This document shows, one piece after another, positions 50,701-62,048 of a DNA stretch of 64,000 bases; the first letter of the stretch is position 1; every line of letters starts with the position of its first letter. The DNA comes from Setoptus koraiensis (taxonomy: Eukaryota; Animalia; Arthropoda). Both the position numbers and the translations under genes were made by a program. A model generated the notes under the pieces. It did not search any database. It saw only the letters and a program-made list of their open reading frames with translations, and was not told where the DNA came from. Location of the stretch: positions 6,076,001-6,140,000 of the forward strand of contig CM106585.1 of the NCBI GenBank assembly GCA_048013815.1, read 5' to 3'.

Positions 50701-51345
50701 GCCGTCGAGATGCCTGCACGAGCAAAAACAAATTGTTGTTATTTTTCTATTTATATCGATACGATTGAAATTGGCGATCGATTGGTCTGGTACGTTGTCA
50801 CATAGAAGAGGACCCTCCACTGATCTCAATGCAAACTCACCTTGCTGCAGGCCGGTGCTCATGTTCTTCCATTTGGCCACCACAAACTCGTCGGCGTACG
50901 CCATGTTGAACAGCTCGTCCACCTCGGTGTAATTGACCGACATGCTTGTTTTAGGTTTCTTTGGGGCGCTAGTAGTAGTGGTTGTGGTTGTGGTAGTAGT
51001 GGTTGCTGGCTCGGTTATTGTGCTGGCGCCAGCGCCCTCTGCATCGGGACTGTGAGTGGTGCTTGAATCGATATTTTCGGGCGGCGCCTCAGTGGCCTCT
51101 TGACGCTTGACGCGATAATGTTGAGCCATGTTCAGGTTTGATAATTCGTCGTGGTCGTATGGCTGTCGCTGGTGACCTCTATCATGGGCCCCAACGATGT
51201 GTATGGCGGTTGCTACGAACAGGAGGCCGCCGATGGCCAGTGTGAAAGACAAATTGCAGCGAGGCGAGCGCATATTGGGGCCGCTGCTTCTTCTTCTTCT
51301 GCTGCTGCAATCGCGGGGCAGTAACATGGTTGTTAGTTTGTTCAT
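44701..51345 (-). CDS. nrf-6: Nose resistant to fluoxetine-6 (NRF-6)/acyltransferase-3 family membrane protein; exons 51345-50841, 50713-50582, 47854-47598, 47492-47378, 47136-47037, 46833-46227, 46053-45664, 45393-44701 (932 aa)
   Basis: Has a signal/TM N-terminus and an NRF domain (MLDAAGKPTAGLLEGSLTMFGNYRQCL, RGRYC, ICVPSLCS). The multi-TM acyltransferase-3 region includes GLRVLVVLWIFLVH, CLPHTWL, GRLSFLAYMI and IFIELPF. All 7 introns are GT-AG with matching phases. Confidence 0.9.
45406..45520. repeat. 12-bp (AATTCGGTCGGG-type, about x6) and 13-bp (AAATTTGGGGCGA, about x3) minisatellites in NRF-6 intron 7
   Basis: Directly visible. Confidence 0.9.
46088..46167. repeat. 23-bp minisatellite about x3.5 in NRF-6 intron 6
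   Basis: Unit ATTATTACGCAATTAG(C/T)GATGTG. Confidence 0.9.
47317..47350. repeat. 34-bp perfect AT-rich palindrome in NRF-6 intron 4
   Basis: AATTTTAATTATGATTA|TAATCATAATTAAAATT. Confidence 0.9.
50425..50560. repeat. A-rich 22-bp minisatellite at the 5' end of NRF-6 intron 2
   Basis: Unit AAAAAATGCCGAAAAAATTTCA, preceded by a related longer duplication. Confidence 0.85.
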
Positions 51346-54300
51346 AATTATTAATTATTTGCCGCTGTTTTAGCGGACAATTTGAGCGGTCGTTAGCAGC
51401 TAACGTTGAGCGTTGATTTCTTCATTTTGTTGCACAACATTTGTTGTTTGTTATGCGCAAAACAGCGGATATCGAAAAGAGATTTGGGACAAGAGGTTAA
51501 TCGAGTTGTTATCGAGTCGTTATCGAGTTTTCATCGAGTTTTTGTCGAGTTACGCTCGACACACCAACACTGACGATTGAAAAACTGTCACGTCTGTCAG
51601 TCGCACACACACTGATAATAAGTGAGAATGAGTGATGTAATAGGCGATTTCACTCAGCCGCCGGTGACATATGTCACCGATTGTTTGGGCCAGTCGGTGG
51701 CCGTTGAGCGGCGATTGCGCAAGTCAGTTTAATTGCCGGTTGAACGGCGCCAGTGACATACAGCGAGTGACATACAGCGAGTGACATACAGCGAGCGACA
51801 TACAGCGAGTGGGTGGCATAGTTACCTGAGCAAGAGCAGTTAGTATGTGTCGGTAAAAAGTTGTGGTTGTGGCATCCAAGTGATGACTTGCGATTGTTAT
51901 TTTTGGCCTCAATCTTGTATTTTGTGAGCTGTTCCGTTTTTCATGCTGCAATTTCATCTATGCAACAAGCACATTTTGCAGTCAGTTTGCCTGTCGATTT
52001 GCTGATTGTTGTCACACGATGATTGTTGAATTTTCGCTTTCCGATCGCTGACTGATTTCGATTCATGCGCGCACAAATTGTGCTTGTAAGCGTTCATATA
52101 ATTTTTATATATTTAATATTTTTAATATTTATCTGCGCACGGATACTGATCTGCGGCGGATATTGATCAACGGCCGGATGTCTGTTTGTTTGTTAGTTTG
52201 TGTGCGGTGGCGCGGACGTGGCTGCGGATGCCGACGATCTGATTTGGAGGATTATTGTCGGTGCTTGAGCAGTGAGCTCATATCAATCATTGGCAACAAT
52301 TAGATAAGTGGGATTTTGAGCGGATTGCTGCGGTTGGCGGTCGACGGTCGACGGTCGGCGGTTTGCGGTGACGACAGCGAACGAGGAAAAGATGATGCCG
52401 CGTGATGAAATTGAAAAGTTTTGTTGTTTCCTTGTCGACAGCGGCAACTGGCAGCGCGATTGCAGTGCGCGATTTCAGTGTCAGTGTCGCACGATTGAAT
52501 GCGCAACAATTAATTAATTATTGTTGTCGTCAAGCTAGCTGCTGATTATATCACTTATGTTTGCATCTGATAACTGCGTGGCACAGATTTGAGCAACGTT
52601 CGTTAGTTCGTTAGTTCATTAGTGTTTGTGTGCCAAGTGGGCGACACTCGTCTGAGATTAACAACCACAGAGCGTAATTGTTGGGAAATTATGTTACTGT
52701 TGTCGTCTTATTTGGTGTTGACTTGCAATTACTCTCTCTCTCGGAGGAAGCGTCGACTCTCTCGGAGTCTCTCCACTAGGGGCTCTGTAGCACTAACTAA
52801 ACTAATTTGATGTGATCTTGGCAAATTGTTGCTCGATGCAACAGTCAACGATGCAACAGTCAACGATGCAACAGTCAACGATGCAACAGTCAGAGCCGAT
52901 CAAGTGCAAATTGTGGGCACGCCAGCCAGACAAAGTGATGTGACGTGGTGCGACAATTGTTGCGCCGATTATGGTTAGAAGTTGTATTATGCAGCTATTG
53001 CTATTATTGTAATCACGTTTACACAGTCGGTTGTCGGTGCGAAGCGAGCGCCGCGCCGGAGACAACTCCACAACTTGTTAGTTAATAAAATCTAAGTCTT
53101 AACGAGTTGTCTTAAATTATCAAAATTGTTTCACTACTTTTATTTCAAAACTTGTTGTTGTTTAGTGCTAGCGCACCGATGCACACTGATTGCTTCGTTC
53201 GTCACTGGTTGCTGCAGTTGTTCGCACCGGCTCATTCCGACGCATTGGCTGGCTGGATAGATAAATAAATTAATGAACGTCGTCAACGACGCGCTATCAT
53301 GACGTGCCCGCTGTCTTCGCTGGCTGTCGGCTGTCGGCTGGCTTCTTCGCTGGCTGTTGGCTCGCTTCTTCGCCGGCTTCTTCGCTGGCTGCTCACGACG
53401 ATCTGGCCGACTCAACTGGTGGCTGGCAAAGGGCGACCAGACGACGACGCCGAGATTCTTTCCATTTGAGAGATTCTTTCTATTTGAGAGCGATTTGCTC
53501 GCTCACCTGTTGCACTTTCGGGCCGATTCGGCTGGCGTCGGGCGCCGCTCGGCCACAGCTGCGACCATCAAAATCATATCTGCTCACATCTCGATCGGCC
53601 CTCGCTCTCGTTCGCCCAACTCGCAGCAGTTGTGTCAGTTCACCTGTTGAGCTCTGGCTGTTGCAGTTGTTGTTGCGCAAGTCGTTGTTGTTGCTGGTGT
53701 TGTTGTTGCTGTTGTTGCTGCTGGTGTTGTTGCTGTTGCTGGTGTGGTTGCGGCGGCTGTGCTGGCGTGGCTGTCGGTGGTTGCTGGCGCCGGCTCAACT
53801 TGATATCGAGCCATTAGAGCCACTCGCTAATGGTTGGCGTGCCAGCGTGCAAAGGCAACTCGGCTCAGCTCGGCTCGGCTCACTAAATTAAATTTAACAC
53901 ACAAGATGGAAGTAACGACGCCAAGAAGATGATCTAACATGATCTAAGTTTAGCTAACAGCCAATATCAGCGTTATTACTTATTAGCGCCAACTAATAGC
54001 CAGAGCCGGGCTCAGCCGCCTGTTGCTCCACTTGATTAGACTCTTTTCTGGCAGCACAAAAACGCTGCCAGAGTCGCTGGCCGGCCGGCTGGCTGGATAT
54101 TATTATCCATTACTAAATATAATCGTAATAATACCTGTAATAATAACTGGCTGCGCACAGCGAGCGACACAAATCAAAAGAAAAAGAAACGAAATTTCAG
54201 GGTTACCATGCCAACCACCGTCAAGAGCACGCTACCTAGCCAACGAGCACGCTGTTGTTGTTGTTGCTGCCGTTGCTGCCGTTGTTGCCGTTGCCGCAAC

Positions 54301-56047
54301 CAGTTGTTGTGCGGCCCATAGGCCAAACCCAAACAACAACCGGTGCCATTGTGCAACCGTCGTCGGTTCAGGCGAGTCTGGCTATTTATGGCTGCGCAAA
54401 GGTATGCCCAGCAATTGATTAGCATAAGAGCAAATGAAAAATTTATCGCCCTCCAGTCGCTGGCGCTGTTGTTGCCGCTGTTGTTGCTGCTGCTGTTGTT
54501 GTTGTTCAACAACAGCAACAACAACAACAACAGACACATAGACGCTAGTGACTAGCCGCTAGACAGATGATGATTTAACATTACATTATATATTACGCAA
54601 CACGCTCGCAAATAATAATGTAATATCTGCTAACTGCTGTTGCGCTCGCTCGTTGCGCTCGCTCGCTCGCCGAGTATCAAATTCAAAAACTTCAATTCAT
54701 CCCGTTTCAGTCACTTGTGTTGCATTATCCATTATTCATTCGCACTCACTCTCACCTGAGCTGTTTAGAGCGTCTCGAGACGAAGCGATTTTATTAACCA
54801 AAGCCACTGATATATCCAGGCCAATCGCAAACAGCCAAGCCAACACGAAACAAAACAAATTTTTAATTTTTATATATTCAACATTCGCACAAATCACACA
54901 ACATTTGAATACAATTTTTATTATTTATATACGCGCATTTGTTGTATATAAATAATAAATATAAAATATATAAATGGTGCGGGTATAAATTGCGCTATTA
55001 AGCTGGGCAATAAATACACAGCAATAGATACTTACTAATACTGTTGCCAGCAACTATAACCCCAGGCTTGCTTACTATTGACTGACAGCCAGCATTCACA
55101 ATCTGTAATAATGCGCTCGCTTGCCTTGGAGTAGCGTCGATTCGCGCGCACTAATTGTTGCAATATACCCACTAATTGTATATATTGTTCAATCGATCGA
55201 TTATCGAGTATCGCATGAGGCGTTCATTTATTTATGTTGGCATTCGACGAATTGTCCAATAAATCTCAAAATTTGAACACTGTCGAAAGGCTGGATACAA
55301 TTAGGAGGAATAACTATAATTAACTTTTGGTTCTAAAATTAACTGTCTGGCACACGAGTGATTTAGTGAGTGATTCAGAGTGAACTAATCAAAGTGCCGC
55401 CGGACGACCGCTGATCGGGGCGCCAACAGCAACAGACAGATAAGATAATAATTCAAAAGTCCATACACAATCGTGCGGACAGAGGGCATCTTGGCAGTGC
55501 AATATCCCGACAATACGACATTGGAGTGGCACCGGCATAACACAATTTGCAATCGATCGCCATTTGTCAAGGTCTCGCGCACAGACGCACAGCTGAGCTG
55601 TTGGGCTTGGGGCCCGGTTTGCAATAAAGACAAATTTGACAGGAGCAACAGGTGAGTCGGTGCACTGCCTATTCCAACAGGTGAGTGTGTGTGTGTGGAA
55701 ACAGGTTGTCGATGTCACTTTCTATTCTTGCGACGCCTCGGGGCATCGCATCACCAGTCGACGGTTCGCTGGCTCGAGTGTGGCTGTCATCGGCTGTCTG
55801 CCATGAATCTCTATTCACTCAAATCTCTATTCACTCAAATCTCTATTCACACGCAAATCTGCGTTCAAAAGTGACGGCCAAAAAGTGATTCACGACGACG
55901 CCAGAAAACGAAAAGCAAAAGGCTCCGAGAATTCAAGTTCATTTCGCTGTCAAGTCACCTGTTCGAGCTCATTCGCTGCCAAGTCACCTGTTCGAGCTCA
56001 TCCCGGCCGCCAGTGTCAGGCTTGTGGATGCGAGCGGGCGATCAATC

Positions 56048-56816
56048 ATGAGTGAAAACATTATTGTAATTAGACGACTAATCGCAACAGGTTGTTGCGC
56101 GATTTGCTGGGTTTTTCACGTCAGCGCACAACGTTTTGGGCTTTTGCCGTATAGGCCGTATCGTTCATTAAAATACACACAAGGTGTGTGCAGCAAAATA
56201 GAGACAACGTTGATACAAACAGCCAGCAATAGTCGTCGACAACCAACAAACCCATTCCATCATCTTTAGAAGCATTTTTCAGTATAGTTTAGTGATGGCA
56301 AAATGGCAAAATTCAACAACAACAACAACTGGCTGCGTCATTAGGCCATGTTGGCGTGCATTGAAAACTCGTATAAATGAACATAAATTATTCCTTGTTA
56401 CATGCGATCCAATCAAAGCTAATGCAAACAAACAACATCTGATCAATTAATAACGATCTACAACAGCCACAGCGATAACCAGAGCCATAGAGAAGCCATT
56501 AGCCGGCCCAAACGCAAAGCGAAATGTATCCCATTTTATCCTATTCGATAATACTCTCGTTTATCCTGATAATTTCAGCGCTCTGATCGCTCGCGTTCTC
56601 AACACAACACTTGTTGCCCTCGCGCCGATCCATGCCGACTTGAAATTGCTATCTATAGGCTATCGTTACGACTGTGAAAAAGTTACCCACCGGCATCAAG
56701 TTCATTTGTGGCCAGTGCAAGATCAGTGCAAAGTGCCCATTGGCCAGCATTGTCTGGCCGGCATTACCTGGCCGGCATTGCGATCAAATGGATGCTTTTA
56801 TCCAGCGTTCAGATGA
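56048..56816 (+). CDS. Candidate small secreted Cys-containing protein (about 97 aa); exons 56048-56183, 56659-56816; 3' structure uncertain
   Basis: ATG in AATC-ATG context after an acceptor (tgtcag, 56020), followed by a signal-peptide-like stretch (LIATGCCAICWVFHVSA/QR). A phase-1 donor (AAG|GTGTGT) matches a phase-1 acceptor (ctatag|GC). No family recognised. Confidence 0.4.
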
Positions 56817-57418
56817 TTCGTTTGGCCAGTATTTGTTGCATACGTGTGTTCTTATCCACCTAGGCAGTGCCATTGCGAGATGTGCAAGCCAGAGAAAGTT
56901 ATCCACTCCGATCGTAATCTCAAGGTCATCCGACAGGTGGCGCCGAACAAAGGCCGGACTCTCACGCCAAGTATTTTTTTCTTTTTTTTTTTTGACAATG
57001 TCACAGTCTTGACAGTCGCCTCTCTCTCTCTCTCTGGCCGGTCATCTCGACAAGATATTAGATATCTGGGCTCGGCGAGAATTCTTTGAGCCGTCGACCA
57101 ACTGTTGCTCGTGATCTCGATGATGTGAGCGTACGAAGATTTGGCAAGATGCGTCCGTCGGTCGATGAGATCGAGATGATATCATCGATGACAACAGCCG
57201 TCAGATTCTGGCGATTTTGGCGGTCGCTGCGCGATCAGCGTTAAATCGGCCAGATATGACGCAATATTATTATTTCTCTCTCTGAAACTATTCAAAAAAA
57301 GGCCACTCAATGCAATGACGCAATGTGACAACGAGTCACTGTTAGATCAAACTATCACAGCCAGCTGACAACTTTAGCTAATTATGCAAATTTTCTGAAT
57401 AAAATCCACTTCCAGACA

Positions 57419-60144
57419 ATGACGCCATCTAGTGCGACGCAAACACACTACTACACTAATATACTACTAATACTGCTGGCGGCCGCTATTGTGCTCATGA
57501 CAAGCTGCACCATTTCCGGGGCCCACAAACACGGCCAATCGGGGGACATTCAGCACCGGTTGAAATATAAGGGCTCTGTAATTGTAGACTATGGCGACAA
57601 CAAAAGCAAAATCGATTTGGCCTCGGAAGTGCCCAGATTGACGCGCTTTCTAGAGAGTCGACGGGGCGAAAAAAACGGTCGACTTCCGTTCGGTGAAAAA
57701 CGGCTCAAACGGTGAGTAGCTCGGTTCGAGGCCGCCAGGTGAAACATTTTTTTACTTGCGTAACTTTTAAACTCTGTTCAGGCCAAACATCCGAATAAAC
57801 TGAATTGATTTTCGATGATTTGTCTGTTGTTCGCTGCTGTAACTCAATGTGTCAATAATTTCGGACGAAACTCGAAACTTTCGGAGGAGCAGAAGCATCC
57901 ACCAAGCCAGCCGAGCCATGCCGCCTGGCGCCCCTCGTACCGGCGATTAGTAAGTAGACTGACAAATGCTGGCCAGTTTTTGAGCATTGTGGCCAGTGCT
58001 GTGATTTTGCGAGTGCCAATATTCTAATTAAGATTGCTGATTATTGTGTGTACGGAATGTAACGCTGTAAACTTGTTTGTATCATTGCTATCATGCATCA
58101 TTGTAACCAAAATAACAATAATACCTGTCCAATAAACAAAAGCGACACAGACAAAGACGACTGGTACATTGTTGTCGTTGTTCCTAAAAGCAAATCGCAC
58201 CTACGGTTCATGTATGAGCTGCTCGAGTCAGAGGTGCGTCCATCGTGGCATCGTCGTAGTTGAACTGACACGACCGCGATTTATCTCCGGTAATTAGTTG
58301 GCTGGTTGTCATTAATTTCAGCAAGCTTTCTTTTATTTAAACATCTTCGTTTCAACACGTTCGCCAGCCAGGTATCAATTTTCTGAGAGAGCCAAATGGC
58401 GTGGGAGAACAAATAGACATTCTGATGGACGCGTCGACAAGCGCAAAGTATCGACCGAAACTGGAGCGAGCCATGAAAGTGACGATAGCCATGAGGATCA
58501 ATTTCAAGAAGAGACACTACGATTTGGCGCCGCCACAACAAACTCCCGAGTCGCCGAGGTTGACTAGACAAATCGATTTGGCTGATTTGGCCGATGTTGA
58601 CGACGGATTTAGGCACGAATTCCTTGGGAAAAAGCCGGACAAAGCCAGAAAGGTGCTGGCGGACAAATTGATGAGGGCAAACGAGACGAAAGAAATGGCA
58701 ACCGACGAAATAGACATAAGCAAGCTCGAGCGTGAGACGCCCCCGCCGAGCACCGAATTGCTGTTGTCCGATCCGAACGAGCACAGATTTTTGACGTTTG
58801 ATCAGGTGATGGCCGAACGAGAAGCCGATTTACTGGATGCACCAATCAACAAGACAGACCAAGACAAACCACTCAAGGGCCTGTATGGTCTGGCAAAACT
58901 AAATGAGGACTCTGAAAAATATTACAAGAAGCATCACCACGTTGCTGACAACATTGAGCGTTGGATGAACCTCACCCGGAAATATCCGCAATTCATCAGA
59001 TATCAAATTGTTGCCCATAGTGGCCAAAGTCGGCCAATACATCTGTTTAAGATTGGCTTTTTCATGCAAAGCAATCCCAATTCGATCGATCGTTCAATAG
59101 TTTTGATCGACGCGTTGCATCACGGCAGAGAGGTGAGCCACACTGCAGACCACAACTTTTGAGCTAATGAGTATGCTAATTAGATTAGAAGTAATAATTG
59201 TGTTTGTGTCATGTTGCTATCAAATTAATTCACGCTCAATTCAATAGTGGACCACGCTGAGCTGCAGCAGCTACTTTATGGAGCAGGTGCTGGCCGATAT
59301 GGACAAAGGAATATTGGGCCACGCACTAAAAGATTTTGATTATTTTGTCGTTCCCATGGTGAATCCTGATGGCTATCATCACTCCATTAGTTCGGATTAT
59401 CCGTTCTGGCGCAAGAATCGCAAATTCACAAGCGAATTAGGCGACGAGGGCCTGTGCACAGGTATTGATCTAAAAAGAAATTATCCCCCAAGAAACAATA
59501 AACAAGGCGAGCCCCAGCACAAATTCTCGCCATGCAGTCATTATTACACAAGCAAGCTGGCGTTGTCCGAACCGGAAACTAACGCGCTCGATTCTATAAT
59601 GAGAAAATATGCCAAACAAATAAAATTGTATATCAATTTGAATGCGTACGGCAAACAATTGGCATTGCCGGCCCGACAAGCCGCGAGCGACACAGCCAAG
59701 CGATTTATCCGTGCTCTGAACGAGCTGCCCAGACGCAAGGGCAACGCAACAATCGATTTGAGCCCCAAAAGTGGCGGCACCTACAGGACGTTCAGTTTGG
59801 GACGCAAGCGTGAGTGACAAAATGCCTGAATCTCATTCACAAATTCAATTTCAGTTCGCATCGTTTATCATTTCGAATTTACTTCAAATCTATAGCTTCG
59901 TATTCTTAATTCTAATATCTTGTGTGTGTGTGTCATATCAGACGTGGACTTGGGCAACCCGGTGGAGCACGCCTTTGCCAATCACAAAATTAACTTGAGC
60001 TTCGCACTGTATTTGCCACCTCACACAATTTACGAAAACAAGTCGGCCGACGAAAGCTGGGGCTTCTTTCTTACGTCACAACAAATATTGCCGGTGGCTC
60101 GCGAATTTTATTTGGGCCTCATGGCCATGGTTGACGTGTTATAA
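57419..60144 (+). CDS. M14A zinc carboxypeptidase homolog, probably catalytically inactive; exons about 57419-57692/57711, 58368/58372-59132, 59248-59809, 59942-60144
   Basis: Has a signal peptide, a prodomain-like FLREP..IDIL segment, and catalytic-domain motifs IDALHHGREW, VPMVNPDGY, WRKNR, GIDLKRNY, SEPET and WGFFLTSQQILP. The exon 1-2 junction is unresolved: the strong donor at 57712 is out of phase with the acceptor at 58368. Confidence 0.85.
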
Positions 60145-60549
60145 CAACAAGTTTCGTAATGTTTCTGGAGTGTTTTGCTCATGTTCGAGCCGTATCGCAA
60201 GCGAGAGCCGCCGCTTCGTGGTGCGAGCACTCGACGATATTTATAGATTGGAGAAAAATTGAAAATAAATATATATTTGTATATACACAAATATAAACAA
60301 GGAGCCAGTGTGTGGATCAATATGTGGACCGAAAGAGCGTCGTTCATTGGCGACAATATTCTGGCAAGTGCGACAGCACCTCACATTACGACATAATCGT
60401 GATGTGAGGTGTTCGCGTGATGCGTTCGAGCCAGACACCTTCAAACAGACAACAGCAACAGGTCGAAAAACAGCAACTGATGGTAAACACCGAGACTAAA
60501 AATAGACTGGCAAAAAGTCCAGAACGCTCCAGCTCCGTCAGCTTCGGAG

Positions 60550-60577
60550 TATAAAAGAGGGGGCACTGTCAGTCAGT
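60550..60577 (+). promoter_or_regulatory. TATA box plus TCAGT initiator(s) of the 60664 gene
   Basis: TATAAAA at 60550-60556 is followed by TCAGTCAGT at 60569-60577 (arthropod Inr TCAGT), about 90 nt upstream of the AAAATG start. Confidence 0.65.
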
Positions 60578-60663
60578 AATTGTACACTCTACACCCGAAC
60601 TAACTGAAATAAAATAAAATATTAAAATAATTTGAATAGAAAGAGAAACTCGAAAAGGCCAAA

Positions 60664-61080
60664 ATGATGAAGCTAACAGTGAGCGTTTTGTTGGTACTCA
60701 GTGCCGCATTGTTGGTTGCCTGCGCGTCCGAACAAGACGCCGAACAGGGTCAGGCCCCGGCCGGCCCCCAAGCCCATTCGAAGCTTGGCAGGGCACTGGG
60801 GGGTCTGTTCCAGAAAGGCAAGAAACTGCACAAAGAAACTCTCAAGCCCGAGCTGGAAAACCTGGGCAAAGACGCCAAAATGATCTATGGTAAGGCCAAA
60901 CAGGATGTCATAAAGCCGCTGGCCAACCAGGTGAAACCTCACGTGAAGAATGTCGTTTCAAAAGTTAAACCGTTCGAGGTTCGCCCACCCGGACCCAACG
61001 GGCCGGCCAGTGAGCAGGCGGCGCCCGAGCAGGCTAACGCAGGACAGGTGCCCGAGCAGGCTCAAGCTGCCCAAAATTAA
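60664..61080 (+). CDS. Secreted Lys-rich amphipathic protein, unknown family (138 aa, intronless)
   Basis: Clear signal peptide (MMKLTVSVLLVLSAALLVACAS), AAAATG start context, upstream TATA/Inr, downstream AATAAA at 61297 and coding-like composition. Confidence 0.85.
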   Translation: MMKLTVSVLLVLSAALLVACASEQDAEQGQAPAGPQAHSKLGRALGGLFQKGKKLHKETLKPELENLGKDAKMIYGKAKQDVIKPLANQVKPHVKNVVSKVKPFEVRPPGPNGPASEQAAPEQANAGQVPEQAQAAQN

Positions 61081-61296
61081 CCGGATTAATGCCCATGAAT
61101 ACCGTCGGATGGGGCCAATGGGCACCAAATTCGGGTCCGCAGTCGACAAGTTGACCGGTTGACGCAAGAGTCAATGGGTGCACTCAGTTGAATGTAGATA
61201 CTCACTGTAGGAGCCCAAGTGAGCAAATGGCGTGAGACTTTGAGCGAAATTTTGTCTTTGAGTGAGCAAATCTGTAAGCGTATACAATACAGCATT

Positions 61297-61302
61297 AATA
61301 AA
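61297..61302 (+). terminator. Polyadenylation signal of the 60664-61080 gene
   Basis: AATAAA about 217 nt after the stop codon. Confidence 0.55.
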
Positions 61303-61507
61303 GAATGGGGCCTCTGTTGTTTGTAGTGCCAAAAAATGATTATTTAACTTTTCGGCGCCATTTGATTGCGTCACTCGAGTGCCCCGAACCTCGGTGCCTC
61401 GAATCAAGGTCGAGCCGCTCTTGGCGACTCGCTTAAACCGCGTAAATCACACAAATCAGGGGTCAGAGGGCCGAGACAAGACCATTTTAGTTGACAATGT
61501 GACTCAC

Positions 61508-61582
61508 TTAATGATCAATTACATGTAATTCGGTTAATGATCAATTACATGTAATTCAGTTAATGATTAATCACATGTAATT
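61508..61582. repeat. 26-bp tandem repeat about x3; the first two units carry the palindrome AATTACATGTAATT
   Basis: TTAATGATCAATTACATGTAATTC(G/A)G units between the secreted gene and the ETS gene; the third unit is degenerate. Confidence 0.85.
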
Positions 61583-62048
61583 TGGGGCCTGAGGCGACTC
61601 GATGCTGCCACTGTTGGTCGCTTGTCGGCCGAGAGGGGGCGTCACAAGGGCATCGGTATTGCTGTTTGAGGCTCACAAATTGTCAGACAGCAGCAATATG
61701 GTCAAAGTTTGAGCCGTCAATTGTGACGGCGATTTCAATCAGCAGAGGGCGCGCGCTGTGCTCGACACTGGCCGGAGTTTTGAAAGATGGTCGGTGTGAG
61801 CGCATGCGCTGTGATGGCGAGCGGCTTCGAAGTTGGGCAAGTTCGAAATTGTAACACGGAACGTTCATTTCGAAGCAGATGAATCGTTGGATCGTTTGTT
61901 TTGCTTTTGTTTTGCATCAGACGTGTGCTGTCCATCTGACAGAGGCAAGCGCGCACAGTGTCAGTTGAAAGTTAGAGCCAGCGGCGACAACAACGCAACA
62001 GCGAACAAGCGACCCAACAGCAACAGGTGAATCAAAGCAAGTGTCAAC

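Noticed and set aside
53304-53891. 195-aa + ORF and opposite-strand poly-Q/poly-T frames
   Set aside because: Repeat-driven. The minus-strand donor near 53505 is more simply a possible 5' UTR exon of NRF-6, which is unproven.
57353-57372. TATCACAGCCAGCT, matching the first 14 nt of miR-2
   Set aside because: The match ends there and there is no complementary arm on either side to form a precursor.
57715-57740. GGTTCGA T-loop-like motif
   Set aside because: No cloverleaf, D arm or acceptor stem.
38563-61582. Tandem arrays as CRISPR or transposon ends
   Set aside because: Head-to-tail repeats without spacers in a eukaryotic context; no cas, transposase, paired terminal repeats or target-site duplications seen.
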